DNA of 64,000 nt from Candidatus Latescibacterota bacterium (GCA_965243025.1 CBDETY010000003.1:6112001-6176000), one strand, 5' to 3'. Numbered from the stretch's first letter, positions 48,271-60,395 are shown. Notes: a model not told the origin generated them from the letters alone. Numbers and translations: made by a program.

Positions 48271-49215
48271 TCAAAGCAACTGTCTGGCGGCCTCGGCCAC
48301 GTGCCGGTCGGTGAGGCCGTACTTGCGCAGCAGATCGTCGTTTGCAGCCGATTCCCCGAAACAGTCCGGTATGCCGACCCGCTTCAACGGGGTGGGAAGG
48401 CGCTCCGAGAGCACCTCGGCGACCGCGCCGCCGAGGCCGCCGATAACGGAGTGGTCCTCCGCGGTGACCACGTGTCCGGTCTTTCCCGCCGCTTCGACGA
48501 TGGCGTCGGCATCGAGAGGCTTGAGCGTAGGCACGTGGAGGACATGGGCGGAAATCCCTTCCCCGGCCAGCAGGTCGGCGGCGGCCAGGGCGCGCGCCGT
48601 CTGCGCTCCCGTCGACATGATGGTCACGTCCGAACCTTCGCGCAGCGTGCAGGTCTCGCCGATGCGGAACCTGTGGCCCTCGCCGAATATCACCGGCTCG
48701 GGATCGCGCGTCAGGCGCACGTACACCGGACCCTCCCAGGCGGTCGCCGCCAGCATGCAGAGTCTCACCTCGACCCCGTCGGCCGGGGCGAGAACGGTCA
48801 TGTTCGGCATCGCCCGCATGACGGCGATGTCGGATACCTCCTGGTGGGTCTTGCCGGTTTTTCCGGTGAGGAGCCCGGTGTAGGCGGCCCCGATCTTGAC
48901 GTTGAGCGAGGGCTGGGCGACGACCACCCGAAGCTGGTCGAGGTCGCGGTTGACCAGGAAGCAGGCGAAGCTGCTCAACCACGGCACGAGGCCGCAGGTG
49001 GCCATGCCGGCGGCCACCCCCATCATGTTCTGCTCGGCGATGCCCATTTCGAGAAAACGCTGCGGTCTTTCCCGGGAGACCTTGTCGGCCTTCGTCGAGT
49101 TGGCCAGGTCGCCGTCGAGGACGTATACGTCCGGGTTGGAGTCGACCAGCTCGATGAGGGTGTCGCCGAAAACGTCGCGCTGGGCCAGCAGCCGCCCGCT
49201 TGCGGTGAGGTTCAC
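48271..49215 (-). CDS. Transketolase, C-terminal subunit
   Basis: RDVFG, DGDLANST, EMGIAEQNM, EDHSVIGGLG. GTGA overlap with the N-terminal subunit. Confidence 0.92.
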   Translation of the reverse strand: MNLTASGRLLAQRDVFGDTLIELVDSNPDVYVLDGDLANSTKADKVSRERPQRFLEMGIAEQNMMGVAAGMATCGLVPWLSSFACFLVNRDLDQLRVVVAQPSLNVKIGAAYTGLLTGKTGKTHQEVSDIAVMRAMPNMTVLAPADGVEVRLCMLAATAWEGPVYVRLTRDPEPVIFGEGHRFRIGETCTLREGSDVTIMSTGAQTARALAAADLLAGEGISAHVLHVPTLKPLDADAIVEAAGKTGHVVTAEDHSVIGGLGGAVAEVLSERLPTPLKRVGIPDCFGESAANDDLLRKYGLTDRHVAEAARQLL

Positions 49216-50090
49216 AGGGCGGCCTCTTGGGCGGCCAGCTCCTCGCGAGCAACCCGCAGGTCCTCGTCGGTTACCGGCTTGCTGTGCCAGTTGAAGTCGT
49301 TCTCCATGTACGAGATCCCCTTGCCTTTGACAGTGCGCGCAACGATCAGGCTCGGACGCCCGCGGTTTTCCCTTGCCCAGGCGCAGGCTCGCAGTATGTC
49401 GCGGAAGTCGTGGCCGTCGATCCCGGTGACTGCCCAGCCGAACGCCTCCCACTTGGCGCGCGGGTTTTCCTGGGCGGGCCTGCGCGTCAGCACCTCGTAG
49501 CCGGCCTCGGTCGCCCATCCGTACTGCTGCAGTCCGTTCCAGTCGAGGATGGCGGTGAGGTTGTCGAGCCCGTAGCGCTCGGCGACGAAGGCGGCCTCCC
49601 AGATCTGGCCTTCCTGGGAATCGCCGTCGCCGATCAGGACCCAGGTGTGGTACTGCTTTCCCTGCAACTTCGCGGCGAGGGCCATGCCGACACCGGGAGA
49701 CAGCCCCTGGCCGAGCGATCCGGTCGACATGTCCAGCGAATCGAGGACCGACATGTCGGGATGTCCCTGCAGCCGGGAGTCGACGTCGTCGAAGGTCTTC
49801 AATTCATCCACCGGGAAGAACCCCCGCAGGGCGAGCACCGCGTAGAGGCCGATCGAGGAGTGTCCCTTCGACATGATGAAGCGGTCGCGGTCCGGATGCC
49901 GCGGGGCATCGGTGCGCACGTCGAGCACCTCGAAATACAGGGAGGTCAGGATCTCGGCGGCCGACATCGGTCCGCCGAGGTGGCCGGCGCCGGCATGGTG
50001 CACCGACTCGACCACCAGGCGGCGCATCGCGATCGCCGTTCTGCGCAGCTCGACGATTCTTTCGTCACTTATTTGACCGTTGGCACTCAT
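49212..50090 (-). CDS. Transketolase, N-terminal subunit
   Basis: GHLGG, DRDRFIMSKGH, LQGHP, STGSLGQG, GDGDSQEGQIWEA, TVKGKG. Confidence 0.93.
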   Translation of the reverse strand: MSANGQISDERIVELRRTAIAMRRLVVESVHHAGAGHLGGPMSAAEILTSLYFEVLDVRTDAPRHPDRDRFIMSKGHSSIGLYAVLALRGFFPVDELKTFDDVDSRLQGHPDMSVLDSLDMSTGSLGQGLSPGVGMALAAKLQGKQYHTWVLIGDGDSQEGQIWEAAFVAERYGLDNLTAILDWNGLQQYGWATEAGYEVLTRRPAQENPRAKWEAFGWAVTGIDGHDFRDILRACAWARENRGRPSLIVARTVKGKGISYMENDFNWHSKPVTDEDLRVAREELAAQEAAL

Positions 50091-50272
50091 GCCTCGATTC
50101 CTCGTTGAAAGAAGCCCCCGCAAAGGGGTACTCCATTGCATCTTGACGCGGCCGCTTCCCGGCGGCCGGATGACCGGCTTCCCTCAGGTGTTTCGCGGGA
50201 TTCCCGGGAGTCCAAGGTACCCGGCCCCGTACGCCGGACGCAAAACCCCGGATGCGGATCCAACAGCCTGTT

Positions 50273-51221
50273 TCACTGGTACCCGGCCATGGCCGCCTCG
50301 CCAAGCCTGGCCACACTGTCCGCCTCGGCGTTCCGGGACGCGGCGGCCAGACTCTCCGACAAAGCTTCGAGAGTGGTGCCCAGTTCGTAATCCGCACCGG
50401 GAACAGAACCGTAAATGCGCGCGGCGCGTTCTAAAAGAGGGACCGCGCTGGCGTGCCGGCTCTGGAAAGCGAGCAGTCGGCCGAGAGCCGAGCTCGTCGC
50501 CGCCAGGTCGGGGTGAAACGGCCCCAGCGATTTCTCCTGGACCGACAGGGCCCGGCGATACATCGACTCGGCCTGCTGGAGGTCGTTGTGGGTGTACGCG
50601 GCGAATCCCCGGGTGTAGAGCTTGAGTCCCATGCCGCGGCTCGACAGGGAATCGGCCCGCTCCAGGTTTCCCCGCGCCCGCGCGACCTTGGCGAGGCCGC
50701 TCACGGTCGCGGCGAGGGCGATGTCGTGGCGCTGCAGCGTGACCTCCCCTTCGTCGCGGCGCTGCAGTATCTGCCGGAAGCGCCATTCCGCGGTGTCGAG
50801 GTCCCCGCGCGCGAGGGCGAGATTTCCCAGGGAACCCAGGGCCTGCAGCAGCTCTTCCCCGGGAGTATCGAGATCGTCGGAGTCCCCTTCGAGCAGGGCG
50901 AGGGCTTCGAGATGCAGGCTGTCGGCCGGCTCCATCAGCCCCTGTACGGCCTTGATGCGGGCCAGGGCCTGCAGGGCCCGCACCCGTGCGAAAGTCCCGG
51001 CCCCGGAGCTGTTCGCTTCGGAAAGGGCGGCGGAATAACGCTCGGTGGCGCGTTCGTACTGCCCGTTTTCGGCGGCCTTCGAGGCCTCGAGCAGGATCTC
51101 CTCCAGTGCGGCAGTATCGGGTTCACCCGTAGATTCGGTAGCCGTGGTATCGCAGCCTGCGCTGGCGGCGACTGCCGCCAGCGGCCATGCGGCAAACCTG
51201 AATGTCTGCAGAATCGATTTC

Positions 51222-51223
<2 letters not shown>
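50273..51223 (-). CDS. TPR lipoprotein (kinesin-light-chain-type TPRs)
   Basis: Lipobox SAGC; AESMYRRAL..QEK.LGP.HPD.A.T...LG. Confidence 0.82.
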
Positions 51224-52910
<1,687 letters not shown>

Positions 52911-52917
52911 GCCGGTG

Positions 52918-54261
52918 CTACGGTGTCGTCCCGTCGGGCGCTGCCGCCGCTGCGGACAGGAGGCGGTCGAATCGAGCCCGCAGCCTGGAATCGGCCGCGG
53001 TGAGGGCTCTGCCCGATTCCAGCTTCTCCAATGCCTCTTCGGTCCGTCCCGCCTTGAGCAGACTGACGCCGTAGGAGAGATGGACGTTTGGATCGGCCGG
53101 CCCCAACAGCAGCGCCCGCCGGTAGCAATCCATGGCTTCCCGGCCGCGGTCGAGAAGGTCGAGAGCGGTCCCGAGATTTGCGATTGCCGGCACGAATGTC
53201 GAGTCCGCGGCAATGGCGTCCTCGAAGTAGGGGATCGCTTCCCCGGGGCGCGAGTTCTGCACGAGCAGGCTGCCGATCTGGTTCAGCCGGTGCGGGTCGC
53301 CGGGAGCGAGGGCGGCGGCGCGGGCGAATTTGTCGAGGGCCTCATCCCAGTATCCCCACCGGGAAAAGAAGGCGCCCAGGGCGTAGTGATGAGCCCCATC
53401 CTCCGGGGCGTTCAGGATCGACGAACGCAGCTTCTTCATCTTTTTGTGGATCTCGGGGTCGTTGCCGATCCGTTGCAGGTGTTCGAAGCGTTCGAGCGCC
53501 GAATCGGCGAGGGCGTGGCGCCCCGACCTCCGGGCAAGCACGGAAAGCCGGTAGAGAGCCTCTTCGAAGCCGATATCGAGATCGGCGGCCTGCCGAAAGG
53601 CGGCCATCGCCGCTTCTTCACGTCCGGCTGTCTCCAGGGAGCGCCCGAGGTAGAATGTCAGGGTCGCGTCCCCGGGAAACAGCCCGATCGCCTTGCGGAT
53701 CGCCTCGACAGCAGCCTCGGGACGCCCGCTCCCCAGGTACAACTCGGCGAGACGCCGATGCACCGAGGACCAGTCCGGCCTGAGCTCGAGCGCTTTTTCA
53801 AGACTTACCTCGACGAGATCGAAGCGCCCCAGCTTGGTGTAGAGGCCGCCGAGGTTGAGGTGCCCCAGGGCGAAGTCGGGGTGATGTCTCAGGGCCCGCT
53901 CCAGGGCGTCGATGGCGGGGCGGTAGCGGCCCTGGGAGGCCTCCGCGGTGGCCAGCAGGTTGTTGAGATCAGCGGAGGTCGAATCGAGGGCGAGCCCCGC
54001 TTCAGCCGCTTTAACGGCAGCGGGGAACTTCCCGGCCCGCACTTGCTCCTGCGCCGCCTGCACGTGTTGTCTCAGGAGACCGTTCGACTCCGCTTCCGAA
54101 GTGCGATCACCGGTCTGGCCGCAGCCGGCACAAGCCAGGGCCGCCAGAAGCCGGCTCCCGCAAACCAGTCTGCCCGCCCTCTTTGACGGTGCCAACCGCC
54201 CCCGCCATATTCGAGCGAAATTCACCTTCAGGATCCGGGATATTTCGACGAGCGAGTTCAT
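52918..54261 (-). CDS. TPR lipoprotein (start uncertain)
   Basis: Lipobox-like CAGC and consecutive TPRs. The 5' extension of the track ORF is antisense to the PhyH gene. Confidence 0.8.
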   Translation of the reverse strand: MNSLVEISRILKVNFARIWRGRLAPSKRAGRLVCGSRLLAALACAGCGQTGDRTSEAESNGLLRQHVQAAQEQVRAGKFPAAVKAAEAGLALDSTSADLNNLLATAEASQGRYRPAIDALERALRHHPDFALGHLNLGGLYTKLGRFDLVEVSLEKALELRPDWSSVHRRLAELYLGSGRPEAAVEAIRKAIGLFPGDATLTFYLGRSLETAGREEAAMAAFRQAADLDIGFEEALYRLSVLARRSGRHALADSALERFEHLQRIGNDPEIHKKMKKLRSSILNAPEDGAHHYALGAFFSRWGYWDEALDKFARAAALAPGDPHRLNQIGSLLVQNSRPGEAIPYFEDAIAADSTFVPAIANLGTALDLLDRGREAMDCYRRALLLGPADPNVHLSYGVSLLKAGRTEEALEKLESGRALTAADSRLRARFDRLLSAAAAAPDGTTP

Positions 54262-55128
54262 ATGATTCTCACGACGGCACAGAAGGATCAGTTTGGAGCG
54301 GAGGGGTACGTCGTGGTCAGGAAGGGCCTGCCCGATGTCGATCTGCACCCGGTCATCTCCGAGTACGAGGAGTTCATCGATCGGCGGGCGCGCGAGCTTC
54401 ATGCCGAAGGGAAAATACAGGACCTGCATGCCTCGGAACCATTCGAGCGGCGCCTGATCCATCTGCACCGGCAGTGCGAAGAGATCTACCCCGATCTCGA
54501 TATCATGCACTTGCGGGGCAGGGCGGTGTTCGAGTTCATGCGCAGCGATTCCCTGCTCGATCTGGTCGAACCCCTGATCGGAACCCCCGAAATAACCTGC
54601 AACCCGATTCAGCACCTGCGCCCGAAACTGCCGGCCCGCGATCCGCATGGAAGGGAACACGTCGCCGAATGGCACCAGGATATGGCGGTCATGCTCCCTG
54701 AGGCTGACCCTGTGTTTATCCTGACGGTGTGGATCGCGTTGGCCGAAGCGACCCCCGAAAACGGCTGCATGCAGATAATCCCGGGGGTGCAGGGGAAGGG
54801 ACTTCTGCACAGGTCCAGCGTCACCCTGTCCCCGGAGGAGATGCCGGGGGAAGAGCCGGTGACTCTACCGATGGGGAGGGGAGATGTCCTGCTCATGCAC
54901 AAGGAGATCCCGCACCGGTCCTTCCCCAACACGTCGGACACGGTTCGCTGGAGCATCGATCTTCGTTTCCAGGCCACCGGCACTCCGACCGGCCGGTCGC
55001 ACTGGCCCGACTTCCCGGTGCGCAGTGCAGCCGACCCGTCCGCCGTTCTTACAGACTACGAAACCTGGTCGGGAATGTGGATCGCAGCCCTGGCCGGAGA
55101 AAATACTCCCTCCTATCGCTGGCGGTGA
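54262..55128 (+). CDS. Phytanoyl-CoA dioxygenase (PhyH) family protein
   Basis: LT..Q..QF..EGYVVV, WHQD, WIAL..AT.ENGC, PHRS.PN.SD.VRWSIDLR. Confidence 0.9.
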   Translation: MILTTAQKDQFGAEGYVVVRKGLPDVDLHPVISEYEEFIDRRARELHAEGKIQDLHASEPFERRLIHLHRQCEEIYPDLDIMHLRGRAVFEFMRSDSLLDLVEPLIGTPEITCNPIQHLRPKLPARDPHGREHVAEWHQDMAVMLPEADPVFILTVWIALAEATPENGCMQIIPGVQGKGLLHRSSVTLSPEEMPGEEPVTLPMGRGDVLLMHKEIPHRSFPNTSDTVRWSIDLRFQATGTPTGRSHWPDFPVRSAADPSAVLTDYETWSGMWIAALAGENTPSYRWR

Positions 55129-55138
55129 GCCCCGGCGG

Positions 55139-56857
55139 CTAATACCCGACAGAGTGCGGGCCTCCCATCCTCAGAATGCGGCTGGGACCGCCTTGTTCGA
55201 TCACCAGCAGTCGTCCCACCGGCACGTCTCTGACCGTATCGACGCTCCCGTCCGGCCAGAACAGCCGCACTTCTTCGACGAGGCTGCTCTCCCCGACCCC
55301 GAAGTGGGCGCGCAGGTCGTTGTGGGCCAGGTAGCTGAATGCCCCGTTGATCGTCCGCCACTGGGTTTGCCCCCCGGCCCGGACGCGCACCCGCGCACCG
55401 GCGCCGTCGCGGTTGCAGGTGCGGGCAACGACCCGCACCGCCAGCCACGACCCCTTTTCCTCACTCCCGTCGCTGCGCAGGAGTGTCGGGGTATCGTTCA
55501 GGTTTACAACGAAGATGTCGAGGTCTCCGTCGTTGTCGTAGTCGCCGAAAGCGGCTCCTCGACTGACCTTCTCTACCGCCATCCCCGGCCCGGCGATATC
55601 CGATACGTCGCGAAAAACCCCTGTTCCGAGGTTTTCGAAAAGCTGGTTGCGCTGACGGTAGGAGCTGCCGCTCTCGACCAGGTCCACCTGGGGATAGACG
55701 TGGCCGTTGGCGACGAACAGGTCGAGGTCCCCGTCGCCGTCCCAGTCGAAAAACCCCGTACCCCATCCCAGCCTGCTCAAGGTTGGAGCCCCGAGCCCGG
55801 AGCGGGCGGTGATGTCCGTAAAGTTGCCCAGGCCGTCGTTGGCGTAGAGGGTGTTCGACTCCTGGAAGAAATGGGTCACGTACAGATCGGGGTCTCCATC
55901 CAGGTCGTAGTCGCCGGCGGCGACTCCCATGCCCGCTTCCTCGTCCCCGTCTTCGTTGTAGGCTACTCCACCCATGACGGCGACATCGGTGAAGGTGCCG
56001 TCTCCCTCGTTGCGGAACAGGACGTTCGGGGTCTCGTCGTTGGCGACGAACAGGTCGGGATCCCCGTCCAGGTCGAAATCCTCGGGAATGACCCCGAGTC
56101 CGTAGTAGCGGTTCGCAGCCCCGACCCCTGAGGATTCTGTCGCGTCCACGAAGCGCTCGCCCTCGTTGCGGTACAGGCGGTCGGGGGCCCCGACCATGCC
56201 CTTCGGACCGCAGTACACGGTAACTCCCCCGAAGAAAGCGCAGCGTTCCTGCTGGGTGGCGAAGTCGGGCATGTCGTCGATATCGAAGACGACGTAATTG
56301 GCGACGTACAGATCGAGGTCGCCGTCGTGGTCGTAGTCGAAGAAAGCGGCGCTGGCGCTGTATTCGCTCCCGGCGGCGCCCAACCCCGCCCGGGCCTCAT
56401 CGAAAATGCCGTTTCCCCGGTTTCTGTAGAACACGTTGGCCCCGTAGTTGGTCAGGTAGAGGTCGGGATCGCCGTCGTTGTCGGTATCGCCGACCGCGCA
56501 TCCCGCACCCCAGCCGGCGTGTCCGACGCCCGCGCGTTCCGTGGCGTCGACAAAGGTGCCGTCTCCGGAGTTTTCGAAAAGGGTGTTTCCCGGCCCAGAG
56601 AGATCCAGGTAGGTTTCGAAGGTCGATCCGTTTACGATGTAAAGGTCGAGATCCCCGTCGCTGTCGCTGTCGAAGAAACCGGCGCCGCTGCCGTGCGCTT
56701 CAAGGATGAAGCGCTTCTCCGCGCCTCCGAAGTCGTTGTGCACGGAAATGCCGGCCTCTTCGGCAACATCGTGGAAGGGCGGGCCGGCATGGGCCGACGC
56801 GGCGAGACAGAAAATGACTGCGAAGTCCAGCGGCGAGGGCGGAATGGGTTTAGTCGA
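55139..56857 (-). CDS. CRTAC1-family FG-GAP/ASPIC-UnbV protein (canonical start missing; frame open upstream of GTG 56743)
   Basis: D(Y/F)D.DG repeats and C-terminal NRDGAGARV...HFGVG...LFWPDG. Upstream in-frame residues give KPIPPSPLDFAVIFCLAASAHA-GPPFHDVAEEAGI. Confidence 0.85.
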   Translation of the reverse strand, partial: STKPIPPSPLDFAVIFCLAASAHAGPPFHDVAEEAGISVHNDFGGAEKRFILEAHGSGAGFFDSDSDGDLDLYIVNGSTFETYLDLSGPGNTLFENSGDGTFVDATERAGVGHAGWGAGCAVGDTDNDGDPDLYLTNYGANVFYRNRGNGIFDEARAGLGAAGSEYSASAAFFDYDHDGDLDLYVANYVVFDIDDMPDFATQQERCAFFGGVTVYCGPKGMVGAPDRLYRNEGERFVDATESSGVGAANRYYGLGVIPEDFDLDGDPDLFVANDETPNVLFRNEGDGTFTDVAVMGGVAYNEDGDEEAGMGVAAGDYDLDGDPDLYVTHFFQESNTLYANDGLGNFTDITARSGLGAPTLSRLGWGTGFFDWDGDGDLDLFVANGHVYPQVDLVESGSSYRQRNQLFENLGTGVFRDVSDIAGPGMAVEKVSRGAAFGDYDNDGDLDIFVVNLNDTPTLLRSDGSEEKGSWLAVRVVARTCNRDGAGARVRVRAGGQTQWRTINGAFSYLAHNDLRAHFGVGESSLVEEVRLFWPDGSVDTVRDVPVGRLLVIEQGGPSRILRMGGPHSVGY

Positions 56858-57701
56858 CGACGACGTATTCGTCTCCGGTCAATTGGTAGAGCGCCTGCCT
56901 CGCCGCTTCGCTGTCCGGGCCATCGCGCGTTTTCAGCACGTCGACGAGATCGTCGACGGCCTGCAGGTCTCCAAGCATGGCCAGGGCATTGGCCGCTTCG
57001 GCTCGTACCCACACACTGGAGTCGAGAAGGGCAAGTCGAAGGCCGGGAGCGGCCCGGTCGACGAAGCGGTTTCCCAGGAGCTGAGCGGCGATGTAGCGGA
57101 CCCTCTCGTCCTCGTCGCCCAGCGCTCCTATCGCCGCATCCTCGGCCGCATCGGTCCAGCGGCGGTGCAGACCGGCCAGAGCGTGGCGGCGGACCACGGC
57201 GGCGGTGTCGGACAGGGATTCGACAAGGTCGGGTACGACGGTCGTGTCGCGCAGGTTCGCCAGGCTTTCCACGGCCGCGCCGCGAACGATGGCCGACGGT
57301 TCCGTCCGCAATATTGCGGCGATCGGCTCCGCGAGATCCGGCATGTCCATCATCCCCAGCGCGAGAACTGCTTCCTTCCGGATGTGGGCGTTGTCGTTCT
57401 TCGCCGCTTCGAGGAGGAAGGGGACGGCCCGGCCGTCGCCGATGCGTCCGAAGATCTGGGCCGCTATGTACTGCAGGCTGTCAGAGCCCGTGCGAGCTGC
57501 CTCGAGCAGTGGCGGGACTGCGGCGGAGCCGATGTCGATCAGCTCGTAGCTTGCTTCGAGGCGGACCTGGGAATCGGAATCGGAGAGGCGGTCGACATGG
57601 TCTTCGGTGAGCATCTCGCCACACCCCGACAATGCAAACAGGCCCGGAACCGCGATCGATTTCACCGCGGTGCGGGCCTGTATCGCGAAACGGGACTGCA
57701 T
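56850..57701 (-). CDS. HEAT-repeat lipoprotein
   Basis: Lipobox LSGC; repeated L.D....VR..AA..LG HEAT/PBS-lyase units. Confidence 0.85.
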   Translation of the reverse strand: MQSRFAIQARTAVKSIAVPGLFALSGCGEMLTEDHVDRLSDSDSQVRLEASYELIDIGSAAVPPLLEAARTGSDSLQYIAAQIFGRIGDGRAVPFLLEAAKNDNAHIRKEAVLALGMMDMPDLAEPIAAILRTEPSAIVRGAAVESLANLRDTTVVPDLVESLSDTAAVVRRHALAGLHRRWTDAAEDAAIGALGDEDERVRYIAAQLLGNRFVDRAAPGLRLALLDSSVWVRAEAANALAMLGDLQAVDDLVDVLKTRDGPDSEAARQALYQLTGDEYVVVD

Positions 57702-57707
57702 TGCGGC

Positions 57708-58895
57708 TCAATTTACCATCTGCATCAGCCGCTGTGTCATCCCGCCTTCCTGGGTGAGGGCGTAAACAATGATGTTGACCGCCATCTGCAGCTGACGGGT
57801 GGCGTCGCCGCTGGCTATGTGATTGCGCCAGCCCCAGCCCTGCCTGGAGGAAACGCCTGCCAGACGGCCCTTGATGTAATAGCCGTGCATTACGTTCCAG
57901 CTGTGCACTCCCTGCTTCCCGCTTCCCAGCGAGGGGCTGTATCCGGCCGGCACCCCACCCCTGAGATCGAAAAAGGCTGAGAACACGGGATGGTCGTTGG
58001 GCAGTCGCTCGGACCAGAAGTCTCTGCCCGAAACCAGGCCGCCGTACTTCTCGAGCGCTTCGCCCCAGGTGCCGCCGAACAGGAACCCGCCCGCCAGCAT
58101 GTACCGGCACAGGGCCTCGAGCTCGCTCTCGTTGGGGGTGCCGAGGGGAATCAGGATCGGCACCTCCATAATGCGCTGGTCGTCGTACATGATGGTACCG
58201 AGGAACTCGGCCTTGATTCCGGTGTACTCGTTCAGCATGTCGCGCAGGATGTCGATGTCGAGGACGCGAATGCTTCCCCAGCCGACCTGTCCGGCAGCTA
58301 CGGAGCGGCTCGACATTACCTGCGCCATCTTTACGAATCCGCTGATCGCCTGGCGGTCGTTCGGATCCTGGATGACCATGGCTCGATAACGGCCCGTGTC
58401 CATGGTAGTTACGTCCAGCATTTCGAGGGCCATGTCGATCCTGTTCTCCGGAGCACGTGTGCCGGTAAGTGATCCGGGAGCGAATGTCCGCGGTTCCAGG
58501 TTGAGCATGGATACGGCCGAACTGCGCGTGAAGTTCACGCTGGGATTGGCGACCTGTCCCAGCACCGCCCCGGTGTTGAACGCAGCCGTAGCCTGGACCT
58601 GATCCATTCTCGCCGCCGCCAGCTTGACCTCGCGTTTGACCATCTGTCGTTTGGGTTGCGGCAGTTTTCGCAGTTCGAGCGGTTTGGTCAGCCGCGGCTC
58701 GCGTTTTATGAACTTCGTCGTCAGCGGCTTGGGTGCCTTGGCCGCCTGTTCTCGAAACGGGTCGATGGCGACGATAACCAGATGCAACAGGACGGCGAGG
58801 CCGAGGCTGGCGACGAAGACCTTGCGCAAACGTGCCAACAGTTCATCCGGTTCGAATCCCGAGGTGGGTGATGCAAAGCGGGAAGACTCGCTCAT
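57708..58895 (-). CDS. Membrane-anchored DUF4159 domain protein (paralog of 5562..6755)
   Basis: Shares R.PRLTKP.EL.K, DTG.Y..(L/M)VIQDP..(K/R)Q.I.GFV, DHP.F..FFD and N..V.ALTQ.G with 5562..6755. Confidence 0.8.
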   Translation of the reverse strand: MSESSRFASPTSGFEPDELLARLRKVFVASLGLAVLLHLVIVAIDPFREQAAKAPKPLTTKFIKREPRLTKPLELRKLPQPKRQMVKREVKLAAARMDQVQATAAFNTGAVLGQVANPSVNFTRSSAVSMLNLEPRTFAPGSLTGTRAPENRIDMALEMLDVTTMDTGRYRAMVIQDPNDRQAISGFVKMAQVMSSRSVAAGQVGWGSIRVLDIDILRDMLNEYTGIKAEFLGTIMYDDQRIMEVPILIPLGTPNESELEALCRYMLAGGFLFGGTWGEALEKYGGLVSGRDFWSERLPNDHPVFSAFFDLRGGVPAGYSPSLGSGKQGVHSWNVMHGYYIKGRLAGVSSRQGWGWRNHIASGDATRQLQMAVNIIVYALTQEGGMTQRLMQMVN

Positions 58896-59038
58896 GAATA
58901 ACCTGCCTGTCCCTTGTGGAATGTTTCAGCGGACCGGGAATGGGCCGCCGAGCATAAGGGCCCAACCGCTTCCCGGGTGGAGAATAGGATAAACTTACTC
59001 AACGCGAAAACCAACCTCCTTGCGGCTGTGCAACGGAG

Positions 59039-60088
59039 TCAGGGGATCCAGGTTCGAGCAGGTCGGCGTTTCTTCGAAAAAACGCGATCGCCCACCTCAA
59101 AACCCGCTCCCCTCTTCCGCAGCCATTTCTCGATCTTGCGGCTTTTGGCGGTTGAAAAGAGCGAATCGCACTCGGTGACCTCGATTTCTCCTACCTTCTT
59201 CGTCTCCCCCACCCGGGAGCGCGTGACCTTGAGACGCATTTTCGGAATCGCTCCGTGTCGGAATCCGATGTCGAGGGTCAGCTTCGGCTTGCCCCTCTCA
59301 TTCGTCGGCTCGATCTCCAGGATTTTCCCTGCGAGCGGGAGGTGGCCGTCGAGCTCGCCGAAACTGGACGCTACAGCGCTTTTCAACAGCGATCGAATGG
59401 TTTCGAGGTCGTCCCGGGTCCGGGACACGAACCACCGGTCGGACACATCGAGCATGCGGTCGGCTTGAGGATTACCCAGGCGCAGGCGGGTCAAACCGGA
59501 GTGGTAGCGGTGCAACAGGTCGGGATGGGTGACGCCCGGATATCTGTCCGTGTTGTATAGAAAGACCTGCTTGTCGTAGGGCACGATGGCCGTACTGTCG
59601 ATGATGGAGGACCATATCACGCGATCCCCGGAGTCGCTCAACTCCATCCCGAGCTGGACCACGGCACTCGGCTCGGAGACCACTTCATACGGGAAGTCCT
59701 GCTCCACCTGGGGCTGCACGACGGCGCGAAACAGGTCTCCTTCGCGGAAGTAGAAAACCCGGTTGCGGTATGACTTGCCGGATTTGTGCAAGGTGACCAC
59801 AAGCACGAAATCGAGCGCATTCCTTGCCATTCCACGGGCGCGGGTCTCCTGCAGGTTGAAGACTTTGCAGCGTCCCGTAGCATCGAGCAGTGCACGCACA
59901 TGCCGGGTGAGATCGTCGATTATTATTGGATGAACGCGAAGCAGGTGCGGTGGGAGCTGCTCGGGCAGCAGCTGGTCTTCGACGATGACGCCAACGGCAT
60001 AGGTTTCAGGTTGTCCCCCCGACCGGGACGCAGACAGCAACAGCAGGACGGCGATGACTGCGGCTAGCATACAAGGCGCCATAACCAT
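59039..60088 (-). CDS. Hypothetical exported protein (C-terminus resembles the FlgT C-terminal beta domain)
   Basis: Signal peptide; C-terminal G.I.....LTLDIG...G.....RLKV......KVGEIEVTE...FS.AK...GDRV. Confidence 0.6.
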   Translation of the reverse strand: MVMAPCMLAAVIAVLLLLSASRSGGQPETYAVGVIVEDQLLPEQLPPHLLRVHPIIIDDLTRHVRALLDATGRCKVFNLQETRARGMARNALDFVLVVTLHKSGKSYRNRVFYFREGDLFRAVVQPQVEQDFPYEVVSEPSAVVQLGMELSDSGDRVIWSSIIDSTAIVPYDKQVFLYNTDRYPGVTHPDLLHRYHSGLTRLRLGNPQADRMLDVSDRWFVSRTRDDLETIRSLLKSAVASSFGELDGHLPLAGKILEIEPTNERGKPKLTLDIGFRHGAIPKMRLKVTRSRVGETKKVGEIEVTECDSLFSTAKSRKIEKWLRKRGAGFEVGDRVFSKKRRPARTWIP

Positions 60089-60239
60089 ATGTTTTTATTG
60101 GTCTTGCGGAAAGAAACCAGATCGGGGGGATTCCGGCAAGTATACGAAGCGAGGGGAAAAACACAACCTGCCCGAATTGAAGACTGGTGTGTGTGGAAGG
60201 TCATCACGAGGCCGGGCGATGAGAGCGAAGTTGACGAAG

Positions 60240-60268
60240 TTGACATGGTGGGACCAGTTTCGTATATT
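60240..60268 (+). promoter_or_regulatory. Sigma70-type promoter for 60396..61358
   Basis: TTGACA (60240-45), 17-nt spacer, TATATT (60263-68). Confidence 0.7.
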
Positions 60269-60395
60269 CAAAGTTTGTATTCAAATCGGAAGTCGGCCTG
60301 GCCTATGGTGCCGCTCCGCAGCAGGCAACAGTTCAGCCTGTTGATATCCACAAGCTGCCGTCATTAACCACGCAAACACGAGGAGTGAAGAAAAA

